64,000 nucleotides of DNA from an uncultured bacterium (GTDB lineage Bacteria > Patescibacteriota > Minisyncoccia > Phycocordibacterales > PALSA-1337), in the NCBI GenBank assembly GCA_963848635.1, contig CAWKEA010000005.1, positions 352,585-416,584 of the forward strand, written 5' to 3'. Below, piece after piece: positions 18,618 through 27,146 of the stretch (its first letter is position 1; each line of letters begins with the position of its first letter). The notes under the pieces are model-generated. The model made no database searches. It saw only the letters and a list, made by a program, of their open reading frames with translations, and had not been told where the DNA came from. A program made the translations under genes and the position numbers.

Positions 18618-18649
18618 GGACAAGAGAAAAGATACTCAAAACCGATTCC

Positions 18650-19102
18650 TTATAGGATCTCTTTTAACCCCGCCCTCTTCCTCCTCTTGTTGAGCTGAGA
18701 CGGGTCTTTTACTGGCCGAAGAACAGGTTTATTGTTTTTACCAAGTTTACCAGTGAACTGCGTGCCGTATAATTGTTTTTTGCCTTCATTCAGCAAAATC
18801 CTGTCTTCCAAATGTGCGGCATTCGATGGAGAGAAAACACACTTCTTGAAGCACTGCTTTTGAAGCGCCACATCTTGATCTTGGTGCTGTATAAGCAGCC
18901 AGAATTTATGCATATCCTTCACGCCTACATTCTTTGTGGTGGGGTATCCATGCTCACGTATCAACTCCTTTATTCTGTAGTTATGATAGCCGTCACAGAG
19001 ATACACCATATAGTTGAAAATACCGGCGCTTCCCTTCTGGGATTCTTGCATCTTTTTTTTCAGCGTGAAATCGCAAGGCTTGGTCGACCTGGTACATTTC
19101 AC
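18650..19102 (-). CDS. hypothetical protein, paralog of 3261..3737
   Basis: shares GTQ(F/Y) and (L/I)(R/L)PV(K/D) and RR...GLKE blocks with ORF 3261..3737. Confidence 0.4.
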   Translation of the reverse strand: MKCTRSTKPCDFTLKKKMQESQKGSAGIFNYMVYLCDGYHNYRIKELIREHGYPTTKNVGVKDMHKFWLLIQHQDQDVALQKQCFKKCVFSPSNAAHLEDRILLNEGKKQLYGTQFTGKLGKNNKPVLRPVKDPSQLNKRRKRAGLKEIL

Positions 19103-19237
19103 TGATTATATTCGATATGATTTTTGATTTCATGATATTAAAGTTAATTTGTCGATATTACCTTACCCCCCCATTTCATTTTAATAAAAATTATGCTATC
19201 AATTCACCAGACAATAAAGTAAATCTATCTAAATACT

Positions 19238-19630
19238 ATGACACATCGACAATTCGCCCTATTCCTATGCGGCCTGGTCGCGCCATCGCTCTACCAGCGC
19301 ATCAAATTCGCCCTTCATCGCAGATCATTCTATACCACACGACTTCGCGATATAAGCGGCCTCAATCTCCATCACGGCCATTGGGGGCTCCTATTCGTGT
19401 TCGTTTCGACATGGATGCTCGCCTTTGGCCTACACAGCATCGTCTCGATTGGCCTCGCGGGATTTGGCTGGGGGCTCATCCTCGACGAGATCGTGCCCCT
19501 CCTCAAGATGCCTTCTCCCGGCCGGGACATCGAGCTCGACGTCTATGCGCGATCGAGGAATGCGACTTTCGTCTTTATTTCGATAGTCATCATTCTTTCG
19601 ATCGTCATATTTGCTAACTTCTGCCGATAG
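19238..19630 (+). CDS. integral membrane protein, unknown function
   Basis: 130 aa with 3-4 hydrophobic helices; followed by a terminator. Confidence 0.4.
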   Translation: MTHRQFALFLCGLVAPSLYQRIKFALHRRSFYTTRLRDISGLNLHHGHWGLLFVFVSTWMLAFGLHSIVSIGLAGFGWGLILDEIVPLLKMPSPGRDIELDVYARSRNATFVFISIVIILSIVIFANFCR

Positions 19631-19649
19631 CACTTGCTTTCAATTCAAA

Positions 19650-19674
19650 GCACCGGAATGCCGGTGCTTTTTCT
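19650..19674 (+). terminator. rho-independent terminator
   Basis: GCACCGGAATGCCGGTGC hairpin followed by TTTTTC. Confidence 0.65.
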
Positions 19675-19684
19675 TATCCCTTTC

Positions 19685-20311
19685 TTATCCCTTGTCGCAT
19701 AATCCGACGATAGTATCGTAGAACAATGTCGTGGTCGCTTCTGGTAGCGCATCATAGCTCACATGGATTGGCTCCCCGACATGTATGGTTAGCCTCCTGC
19801 GCAAAAGACCCCTTTGACCGAGATGCACCGAAATTGGCAAAACTGGAGCGCCAGTTTGCGAAGCCAGCACTGCCGCACCAAGCTTGAAAGGAGCGACTTC
19901 GTGCTCGGACACGATCTTGCCTTCAGGATAGATGACGATGTTCTCGCCCTCGCTGATGAGCCGCTTTGCTTCCTCGAGATTCTTTTGCAGGCCTTGGCCG
20001 GGCACGACGATAAAAACGCCAAAAAGGCTATAAATAAAGGATATCACACCGATTTCAGAGAGAAAATTGAGCCACTTCCAATCAAACCTGTTTACGGCCA
20101 TGAATCGCAGGGGCAAGTGAGGCGTAGAAAAGCCGAGTATGAGGCGAAAGATGAAGCTGTCCGCAAAGCTGAAATGATTGGCGATGATGATGAACGGCCT
20201 GTTTACTTTTTTCAGATTCTCCCGATCGTTGATTTTGAGGCGAAAAAAGATATTAAAGTATGCATACGAGATGGGCCATGTCAGAAATTGCGAAACTTTC
20301 AATAGTTTCAT
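19685..20311 (-). CDS. plsC: 1-acyl-sn-glycerol-3-phosphate acyltransferase family protein
   Basis: HxxxxD acyltransferase motif IIIANHFSFADSF and IVIYPEGK motif. Confidence 0.75.
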   Translation of the reverse strand: MKLLKVSQFLTWPISYAYFNIFFRLKINDRENLKKVNRPFIIIANHFSFADSFIFRLILGFSTPHLPLRFMAVNRFDWKWLNFLSEIGVISFIYSLFGVFIVVPGQGLQKNLEEAKRLISEGENIVIYPEGKIVSEHEVAPFKLGAAVLASQTGAPVLPISVHLGQRGLLRRRLTIHVGEPIHVSYDALPEATTTLFYDTIVGLCDKG

Positions 20312-20368
20312 GATATTTTAGCGTATATCGAATGATACACCCGAATTTGTCCTGCGTACAGAGCGATT

Positions 20369-20959
20369 TTACTGCTTCTTTGCTTTTTCTACCGGAGCAT
20401 CGATGACTGCATTTTCTTTCTTGAGAGGAAAACCGAGGTATTCGAGAAGAGCGAGAGTATGATTCTTGTCTTTTGACGTCGTGACGATAGTAGCGGCAAG
20501 ACCAAAGACGTCTTTGAGGTCTTCATCTGCCGTCTCCGGGAAAATAGTGTGCTCTTTTATGCCGAGAGTATAATTGCCCATTTCATCGACAGTGCGAGTA
20601 AGCCCACGGAAGTCCTTGGTGCGCGGCAGTGCGATATGCACGAGGCGATCGAGAAAATCATACATCCTGGTTCCTCGCAATGTGATCTGATAGGCCAGAG
20701 GGTCTCCGGTGCGCGTCTTGTAGGTGGCGATCGATTTTTTGGCAGTGCGGGTGGCAGGCTTTTGGCCGGTTATGCGCGAAAGGCGCTCGGCAATGAGCTC
20801 TATCTTTCTCTTGTCTTTGGTCGAGCCGAAGCCGACGTTGACGACCACTTTTTCTATGCGCGGAGTCTGCATGGCGTTCTTGATATGCAAAGATTCCTTC
20901 AGGCTCGTGAAGGCATGGCCGGCTTTTTCTTTCATTGTTTCAAAAGTTTCTTTTTTCAT
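20369..20959 (-). CDS. rplE: 50S ribosomal protein L5
   Basis: MQTPRIEKVVVNVGFG and overall colinearity with uL5. Confidence 0.85.
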   Translation of the reverse strand: MKKETFETMKEKAGHAFTSLKESLHIKNAMQTPRIEKVVVNVGFGSTKDKRKIELIAERLSRITGQKPATRTAKKSIATYKTRTGDPLAYQITLRGTRMYDFLDRLVHIALPRTKDFRGLTRTVDEMGNYTLGIKEHTIFPETADEDLKDVFGLAATIVTTSKDKNHTLALLEYLGFPLKKENAVIDAPVEKAKKQ

Positions 20960-20960
20960 G

Positions 20961-21040
20961 GATTTAAGATTGAAGATTGTAAGGTTTAAAGATTGTCGTT
21001 TTTGTCATTTTTTCAATCTTACAATTTTTCAATTCATTTA
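20961..21040. repeat. AT-rich intergenic spacer with short inverted repeat (ATTGTAAG / CTTACAAT)
   Basis: between rplE start and rplX stop. Confidence 0.4.
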
Positions 21041-21271
21041 TTTTTTCTTTAAATTCTCGACATTGGCGACATTCGACGCCTGGAGCGGCATGGCCCGCTC
21101 GACTACCTGGCCCTTCTGGCCCTCTTTCCTTGCGCGTTCGTGCTTTTTGTACATGTTTACGCCTTCAACAAGGACTTTATTCTCTCTTGGGTATGCCTTC
21201 AAGACTTTTCCTGTCTTGCCCTTGTCCTTGCCGGTCAATATTTTTACGGTGTCTCCTTTTTTGATATGCAT
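21038..21271 (-). CDS. rplX: 50S ribosomal protein L24
   Basis: MHIKKGDTVKILTGKDKGKTGKVL KOW motif. Confidence 0.85.
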   Translation of the reverse strand: MHIKKGDTVKILTGKDKGKTGKVLKAYPRENKVLVEGVNMYKKHERARKEGQKGQVVERAMPLQASNVANVENLKKK

Positions 21272-21275
21272 GGTA

Positions 21276-21379
21276 TTAATTTAACTCAAAATGCAAAACG
21301 CAAAACCGAAATGCGGCGATATTTGTATTTGCTTTTGAATTTAAGTTTTGCATTTTGATTTTTGAGTTTTGCATTTGAT
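21276..21379. repeat. family-1 intergenic hairpin repeat (arms ACTCAAAATGCAAAACGCAAAAC / GTTTTGCATTTTGATTTTTGAGTTTTGCATTT; conserved loop GAAATGC...TATTTGT.TTTGAATT)
   Basis: long imperfect inverted repeat filling the rplX-rplN spacer; homologous copies at 22768..22870 and 23527..23640. Confidence 0.8.
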
Positions 21380-21751
21380 TTACACTATTTCAGACGCCTT
21401 CGACGCGATTGTCTGAAAGCCCTTTTCCTGGAGCTCTCGCGGTATCGGGCCAAAGATACGTCCGGCGATCGGCTCTTTTTTGCCTTTTTCGATGATGACA
21501 ACCGCATTCTCGTCAAAGCGTATATATGATCCGTCCAAGCGGCGGAACGCCTTTGTCTGGCGGACGACGACTGCCTGGAGGACGTCTTTCTTTTTGACGG
21601 CTTTGCGCGGCTCGGCCTTTTGGACCGATAGGACGACCATCTCGCCGATCTCGGCATAGCGCTTCTTTGACGAGCCGAGCACCTTGAAGACGCGGCCTAT
21701 CTTTGCGCCACAGTTGTCGGTTATTTTTACAATTGTGCGTGGTTGGATCAT
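21380..21751 (-). CDS. rplN: 50S ribosomal protein L14
   Basis: MIQPRTIVKITDNCGAKIGRVFKVLGSSKKRYAEIGEMVVLSV. Confidence 0.9.
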   Translation of the reverse strand: MIQPRTIVKITDNCGAKIGRVFKVLGSSKKRYAEIGEMVVLSVQKAEPRKAVKKKDVLQAVVVRQTKAFRRLDGSYIRFDENAVVIIEKGKKEPIAGRIFGPIPRELQEKGFQTIASKASEIV

Positions 21752-21755
21752 GTTT

Positions 21756-22064
21756 TTATGCTATGACTTTGAACGCCTTATGCTTCGACATCGGTCGGCA
21801 CGACTCGATCGTCACTTTATCGCCGATCTTTTTCGTGTTTCCAGCGTCGTGGGCTTTGAGACGCAAAGTCTTCTTCATGAATTTGTGATATTTCGGATGC
21901 TTGACATAGCGCTCAACTGTCACGACGACAGTGTCTTTCATTTTGTCGGAAGCGACGATGCCCGAAAGCTGCATACGGCGAGGCTCGTGCGTAGCTTGAG
22001 CCGCGGCAAGATTGGCTGCTTGCGCTTTGTCTTTTGTATTCTTTTGTACAGTTTCTTTTGCCAT
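21756..22064 (-). CDS. rpsQ: 30S ribosomal protein S17
   Basis: VVTVERYVKHPKYHKFMKKTLRLKAHD. Confidence 0.85.
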   Translation of the reverse strand: MAKETVQKNTKDKAQAANLAAAQATHEPRRMQLSGIVASDKMKDTVVVTVERYVKHPKYHKFMKKTLRLKAHDAGNTKKIGDKVTIESCRPMSKHKAFKVIA

Positions 22065-22081
22065 GCTATATGTTTCTTTTG

Positions 22082-22300
22082 TTATTTCGTGCGCTTGTTC
22101 TTTTCAGCCTTTGCCGCTTCGTTCTTTTGCGCGGAAAGTGTGGTCATGATGCGAGCGATCTCGGTGCGATGGCTCCTGCCCTCCTTGACGTTCTTTGCCT
22201 TGCCGCCCGTCGAACCGAAACGGAAACTGCGCAGAGCCGTACGCTTCTCCACAAGGAGGTTCGCGAGGTCTGGTGCGGTTTTATTGAGGTAATCTTTCAT
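22082..22300 (-). CDS. rpmC: 50S ribosomal protein L29
   Basis: 72 aa helical protein in the conserved position between rplP and rpsQ. Confidence 0.75.
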   Translation of the reverse strand: MKDYLNKTAPDLANLLVEKRTALRSFRFGSTGGKAKNVKEGRSHRTEIARIMTTLSAQKNEAAKAEKNKRTK

Positions 22301-22330
22301 AGGAGTCTTTATACTACGGATATCTGGAGA

Positions 22331-22762
22331 TTATGCAAGCTCTCTCGATACGATCTTTGTTTTGACCGAGATCTTCGTCCCAGCCTTGCGGAGGGCTTCA
22401 ACCGATTCTTTGTCGCCGACTCCGTCGATCTCAAAAAGGATGCGCCCCGGCTTGATCTCCGCCACGAAGCCGACCGGCTCACCTTTTCCCTTGCCGAGCT
22501 TCACTTCAGGAGGCTTTTGGGTGTACGGCCTGTCTGGGAAAATACGGACCCATACTTTGCCCGCTTTGGTCGCGTAACGGCTCATGACTTTCCTGGCGGC
22601 CTCGATCTCGTTCGACGTGATGCGGCCGAATTTAGTAGCCTTCAATCCATACGAACCGAAAGCGAGCGCGATACCGCGAGTCTCGACGCACGTGTCGAGC
22701 TTTTTCTGGTTCCTGCGACCAGTGTGCCACTTTCTGAATTTTACTTTTTTAGGGAATAGCAT
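22331..22762 (-). CDS. rplP: 50S ribosomal protein L16
   Basis: [16 protein letters not shown]; start taken at MLFPKK rather than the upstream in-frame Met. Confidence 0.9.
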   Translation of the reverse strand: MLFPKKVKFRKWHTGRRNQKKLDTCVETRGIALAFGSYGLKATKFGRITSNEIEAARKVMSRYATKAGKVWVRIFPDRPYTQKPPEVKLGKGKGEPVGFVAEIKPGRILFEIDGVGDKESVEALRKAGTKISVKTKIVSRELA

Positions 22763-22767
22763 GGTAG

Positions 22768-22870
22768 TAAATTTAAAATGCAAAACTCAAAACGCAAAAC
22801 TGAAATGCTGCAATGCACGTATTTGTCTTTGAATTATGCTTTTGCATTTTGAGTTTTGACTTTTGAGTTA
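22768..22870. repeat. family-1 intergenic hairpin repeat; right arm encodes the C-terminal tail of rpsC
   Basis: AAAATGCAAAACTCAAAACGCAAAAC ... GCTTTTGCATTTTGAGTTTTGACTTTTGAG; rpsC stop codon lies inside the element (gaaTTAtgc) and 22837..22866 encode ...VKTQNAKA. Confidence 0.8.
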
Positions 22871-23523
22871 TTAAATATATCTCCCTTGTAGATCCAGACC
22901 TTTATGCCGATGTCGCCATAGGTCATGTGCGCGCGCTCGCGGGCAAAATCGATGTCGGCACGCAAGGTCTGGAGAGGGATGCGGCCTTTCTTGAGCTCCT
23001 CGGAGCGGGCGATATCCGTGCCGCCGAGGCGTCCTGACAGACGAATGCGGGCGCCGCCGACATCGCGGTTCGCCGTGATCTTCTCGATCGATTGCTTCAA
23101 GACGCGGCGGAACGGAAGGCGCTTTTCGAGGCTTTCGGCGATCATCATTGCGGCGATCGCGGCGTTTGACTCCGGGCTACGGACTTCTTCGATGTCTATC
23201 TTGAGCTCCTGCCCTGCTAGGTCTATCTTGTTCTTTTTGAAGAGCTTGAGGATCTTGTCTCGAAGCGCTACCATCCCTTCGCCCTGACGGCCGATGATCG
23301 TGCCTGGGCGCGAAGTGCGAATGGTGACTTTGACTGATTTCTGGTTGCGCTCGATTGCGACGTCGGAAAGGTAATTCGCTCGCAATTCCTCGACCAAAAA
23401 TTCTCGCAAAATGAGATCGGCTTTCAAGGAACTGCGATAATTCTTGCCCGTGCCGAACCAGCGGCTCTTCCAGTCGCGGATGATCCCAAGGCGGTGTGAA
23501 TATGGATGTACGGAGTGTGACAT
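22834..23523 (-). CDS. rpsC: 30S ribosomal protein S3
   Basis: KH domain and S3 C-terminal domain; C-terminal tail SKVKTQNAKA encoded by the repeat arm. Confidence 0.9.
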   Translation of the reverse strand: MSHSVHPYSHRLGIIRDWKSRWFGTGKNYRSSLKADLILREFLVEELRANYLSDVAIERNQKSVKVTIRTSRPGTIIGRQGEGMVALRDKILKLFKKNKIDLAGQELKIDIEEVRSPESNAAIAAMMIAESLEKRLPFRRVLKQSIEKITANRDVGGARIRLSGRLGGTDIARSEELKKGRIPLQTLRADIDFARERAHMTYGDIGIKVWIYKGDIFNNSKVKTQNAKA

Positions 23524-23526
23524 GTT

Positions 23527-23640
23527 AATTAAAGTTAAAACTCAAAACGCAAAGTTCAAAACTAAATGCGCTATCAGAATTATTGTATTTTGAATTAAAG
23601 TTTTGCATTTTGAGTTTTGAGCTTTGAGTTTGCTTTCTCG
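23527..23640. repeat. family-1 intergenic hairpin repeat; right arm encodes the C-terminal tail of rplV
   Basis: AAAACTCAAAACGCAAAGTTCAAAAC ... AGTTTTGCATTTTGAGTTTTGAGCTTTGAGTTTGC; rplV stop at 23595 inside the element; tail ...KANSKLKTQNAKL. Confidence 0.8.
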
Positions 23641-23969
23641 ACGCGTGGCGCGAGGACAAGGCTGATATTGCTCGTGCGCTTCTTTATCGGGTTGGCCATG
23701 CCGCGAGAACGAGGCATGCTACGCTTGAGCACTTGGCCGCCATCGACGCGCAATTCCTTGACCATCAATGTCTCGCGCTCTATTTGAAAATTATTCTTTG
23801 CATTGGCGATAGCGCTCTCGATAAGGGTAACGAGAGGATCGGCGCCTTTTTTCGCCGTGTGCGAAAGTATCAAAATCGCCTGATCGGCTGATTTTCCCCT
23901 GACGAGATTGGCCGCTACGCGGATTTTGCGGGGAGAGATGCGATGATTTTTAAGCGATGCGGTGATCAT
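23595..23969 (-). CDS. rplV: 50S ribosomal protein L22
   Basis: MITASLKNHRISPRKIRVAANLVRGKSADQAI. Confidence 0.85.
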   Translation of the reverse strand: MITASLKNHRISPRKIRVAANLVRGKSADQAILILSHTAKKGADPLVTLIESAIANAKNNFQIERETLMVKELRVDGGQVLKRSMPRSRGMANPIKKRTSNISLVLAPRVEKANSKLKTQNAKL

Positions 23970-23974
23970 GGAAA

Positions 23975-24328
23975 TTATTTCTTGTCGGCTGAAGCGGTCG
24001 TGGCGGCCTCTTTGGCGGATTTTGCGGCATTGACTTCAGCCTCCTTTGCCTTGAGCTCGATCTCCTTTTGCATCTTGCCTCCATGGCGGAGGAATTTCTT
24101 TGTAGGCGAAAATTCACCGAGGCGGTGTCCAACCATGTCCTCGGTGACCAAAACGTCGATATGCTGTTTGCCGTTGTATACGCCAAAAGTAAATCCGACC
24201 ATTTCAGGAGAAATGGCCGAGCGACGATACCACGTCTTGATTGACGCTGTCGTGGCGGCTTTTTTGCCGGCTATCTTCTTGAGAAGCCGTTCTTCGACGA
24301 ATATGCCTTTTTTGAGCGATCGTGCCAT
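23975..24328 (-). CDS. rpsS: 30S ribosomal protein S19
   Basis: [16 protein letters not shown]...[27 protein letters not shown]. Confidence 0.9.
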   Translation of the reverse strand: MARSLKKGIFVEERLLKKIAGKKAATTASIKTWYRRSAISPEMVGFTFGVYNGKQHIDVLVTEDMVGHRLGEFSPTKKFLRHGGKMQKEIELKAKEAEVNAAKSAKEAATTASADKK

Positions 24329-24437
24329 GAATTATAGATATTCTAGATAAAAAACGAGCTCGGACGAGCTTGCTTGCATCTTAACAGAGCCTTGATTTGA
24401 AGTCAATACATCGTGCTATACTGATGGTTAAACATCA

Positions 24438-25220
24438 ATGTCATCGATCACCCCAGAAGTCATGCAGGCTTTCCTTATCGCCCTCCTCATACTGCTCATA
24501 GGCTTTTCATTGTGGCGCAAACTGCACGAGAACGAATCCCTCAAATACGAGTTCATAACCATCATCACCCATAAATTCCGCACGCCGATGACGCATATCA
24601 AATGGATCCTGGCGGACTTGATCCAAAGCGAGACTGATCCATACCGCAAAGAGAGCCTGACAAAGCTCGAGAGGTCGAACGACGACTTGGTCCAGCTCGT
24701 CAGCGCCCTCATCGAGGTCACCGATACTCCAAAAAAAGGAAAGGCATCATACCAATTCGAACGCGTTAACCTCGTCGATCTGACCAGGGGCGTCTTCAAT
24801 CTTTTCGACCATTCTTTCAAAGAAAAGAACATATCGATCACGCTCGACTTCCGTACCGCGGACATATTCGTCAAAGTTGACCGTTCTCGATTGGAATTCG
24901 TCCTTTCGACCATCATCGAAAACGCCTCTATGTATACGTCCACAGGGCAGAAAGTATTGATCTCAGTCGGATCAAAATGGAGAAAGGCAATTGTAACAGT
25001 CGCGGATGAAGGCATAGGCATGAGCTCGCTCGACATGCACAATGTCGGCACGAAATTCTTTCGGGCAAAGACTGCGCGGGCAATGGACACCAGCGGGTTC
25101 GGGATCAATCTATATCTGGCCAGATCCATAATCAGGCGCCTCCATGGCAAGCTCGAGATCTATTCTGCGGGATTAAAGACTGGCTCGACATTCAAAGTTA
25201 TATTATCAAAAGTCACGTGA
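24438..25220 (+). CDS. sensor histidine kinase (single TM, HisKA, HATPase_c)
   Basis: H-box ITHKFRTPMTHIKW; C-terminal GFGINLYLARSIIRRLHG. Confidence 0.7.
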   Translation: MSSITPEVMQAFLIALLILLIGFSLWRKLHENESLKYEFITIITHKFRTPMTHIKWILADLIQSETDPYRKESLTKLERSNDDLVQLVSALIEVTDTPKKGKASYQFERVNLVDLTRGVFNLFDHSFKEKNISITLDFRTADIFVKVDRSRLEFVLSTIIENASMYTSTGQKVLISVGSKWRKAIVTVADEGIGMSSLDMHNVGTKFFRAKTARAMDTSGFGINLYLARSIIRRLHGKLEIYSAGLKTGSTFKVILSKVT

Positions 25221-25280
25221 AGGCACATTGACAAGAGCAAGCGGAAAAATAAAAATTAAATCGTTCAGTGATCGCGCCTC

Positions 25281-26580
25281 CTATTCATATCTCAAAGCCT
25301 CGATCGGGCTCTTTTTGCTCGCCTGCCGCGCGGGATAGCCGCCAAAGACGAGGCCAATGACTGCAGAGACAGTGATGCCGAGGATAGCGCCTGACCACGG
25401 AAAGACGAATTGCCAATTGATCGCAAGAGCATGCGAAAGGATAAAGGCGATCAGAAACGCGAGACCAGAGCCGAGCAGAATGCCGACGACACCGCCGATA
25501 ACAGTCAACAAAACCGCTTCGAGGAGGAATTGCGATAGAATGTCGCGATTTTTCGCACCGAGCGCCTTGCGCAAACCGATCTCGCGCGTGCGCTCGGTCA
25601 CGGAGACGAGCATGATATTCATGATGCCGACGCCGCCGACGAACAATGCGATAGAGGCGACTGCAACGAGGAACCATGTGAGCGCCGAGGTGATCGTGCC
25701 GAGAGTATTGGCCAAACTTTGCTGCGTCTCGACAGTGAAGTCATCCTTTGTCGGATCGGTTATGCCGTGCGACTCCTCGAGAGTCAATTTTATATTAGCG
25801 GCAGTGACCGGGACAGTCTGGTCGGATGATGCTTGGGTTATGACGCGATTGTAATACTTTTGGCCCGTGACGTACGTCATGGCTGTCGTGTATGGCATGA
25901 TGACCATCGAGTCAAAGTCGAACAATGTGCCCCCGCCTGATTTCGGCAGCACAGCGACGACGCGAAAATTTCGTCCCTTTATCGTTATGTTCTGATTATA
26001 CGGATCCTGATTCTCAAACAGATAATTCGCTACATCAGCTCCAATGACGACGACGCTCGACATAGAATCGACATCGCTCTGGTCAAAGAACTGCCCTTCC
26101 GAAGGAGTGATGTTGAAAATGCTGGCCATGAGGTCAGTGCCGCCGAATATTGTGACCTGGTAAGTGTTCGGGCCATATGAAGCGGCGTCAGAGCCGATGA
26201 CCACAGGCATGATGGATATGAGGTCGGGCACATTTGCTTTGCTCATGAGAGCGGTCACATCCTTTGGCTTCAGCGAGTCGCTGTAGAGCGCAGAGGCGCC
26301 TGCTCGACGGGCTCGTGGATACTTGGCCCGGAATGATGGCGATAGTGTTCGTGCCGAGGCCCTGGACCTCGCCAAGAATAAGGTTCTGCGCGCCCGCCCC
26401 GAGCGACACGACCAACATGATGGCCGTGATGCCGATGACGATGCCGAGGATGGTCAAAATCGACCGCGAACGGTTCGTGCGCAGGCCGGTGAATGAGGTT
26501 TTAAATAAATGGCGGATGGTCATGGTTTTATTGTGTAAGCAACTTGAAAGCAGTATTAAATGCTTCATCGGCAGTTTCAA
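25281..26580 (-). CDS. ABC transporter permease, FtsX/MacB family (frameshifted near 26330)
   Basis: N-terminal TM plus periplasmic domain in ORF 26188..26580 continues in ORF 25281..26375 after IIPG; C-terminal four-helix FtsX domain. Confidence 0.7.
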
Positions 26581-26600
26581 ATGTTTGATATCCGTACTTA

Positions 26601-27098
26601 TCAGCTCTCTTCTTTATAACGCGGCCGTTCGACATTAAAGAAAGAGTTTGCTTCCATTTCTTGCAAATGACGGGTGTTGCCCCATCGTGGATCTTCAATA
26701 TTGCGCTTTAGTATGTCTTCGTACGACTTACCAAGAAGCACAATGCCCGGAAAATCTAAATCTTTCTTGGCAAGATGAGGTAACAGGTTAACGCATTCAA
26801 AAATTACTGGCATTTTCTCTTCTTTAAATGAATTTATTTTTTCAAGGAAAACCGGCCACAAACCTTCTGATTGCAAGACGATATTATTCCATTGCTTGTC
26901 CTTGCTGGTTTCAGTGTAGTATTTTTCCTCATTCTTATCCAAGAAAAAGTTGACCCATTTCCCGTACCTACCATCTGAAGCCAACGATTCTCTGAAATCA
27001 TCGAGAGAAACGATAATGCCGCCTGTCTTTTTAGCAAGTTTTTTTGCGAGATATGATTTGCCCGAAGCTGGAATTCCTGTGATAAATAGTTTATTCAT
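26601..27098 (-). CDS. P-loop NTPase/kinase-like protein
   Basis: Walker A GIPASGKSYLA at N-terminus; 165 aa. Confidence 0.5.
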   Translation of the reverse strand: MNKLFITGIPASGKSYLAKKLAKKTGGIIVSLDDFRESLASDGRYGKWVNFFLDKNEEKYYTETSKDKQWNNIVLQSEGLWPVFLEKINSFKEEKMPVIFECVNLLPHLAKKDLDFPGIVLLGKSYEDILKRNIEDPRWGNTRHLQEMEANSFFNVERPRYKEES

Positions 27099-27146
27099 AA
27101 TATTAAATTTGAGTTATACACAATGTCGTCTTGAATCATGCTATAC

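Noticed and set aside
19117-19617. 166-aa plus-strand ORF overlapping the 19238..19630 membrane-protein ORF in another frame
   Set aside because: Pro/Arg-rich low-complexity translation; the alternative frame gives clean TM helices.
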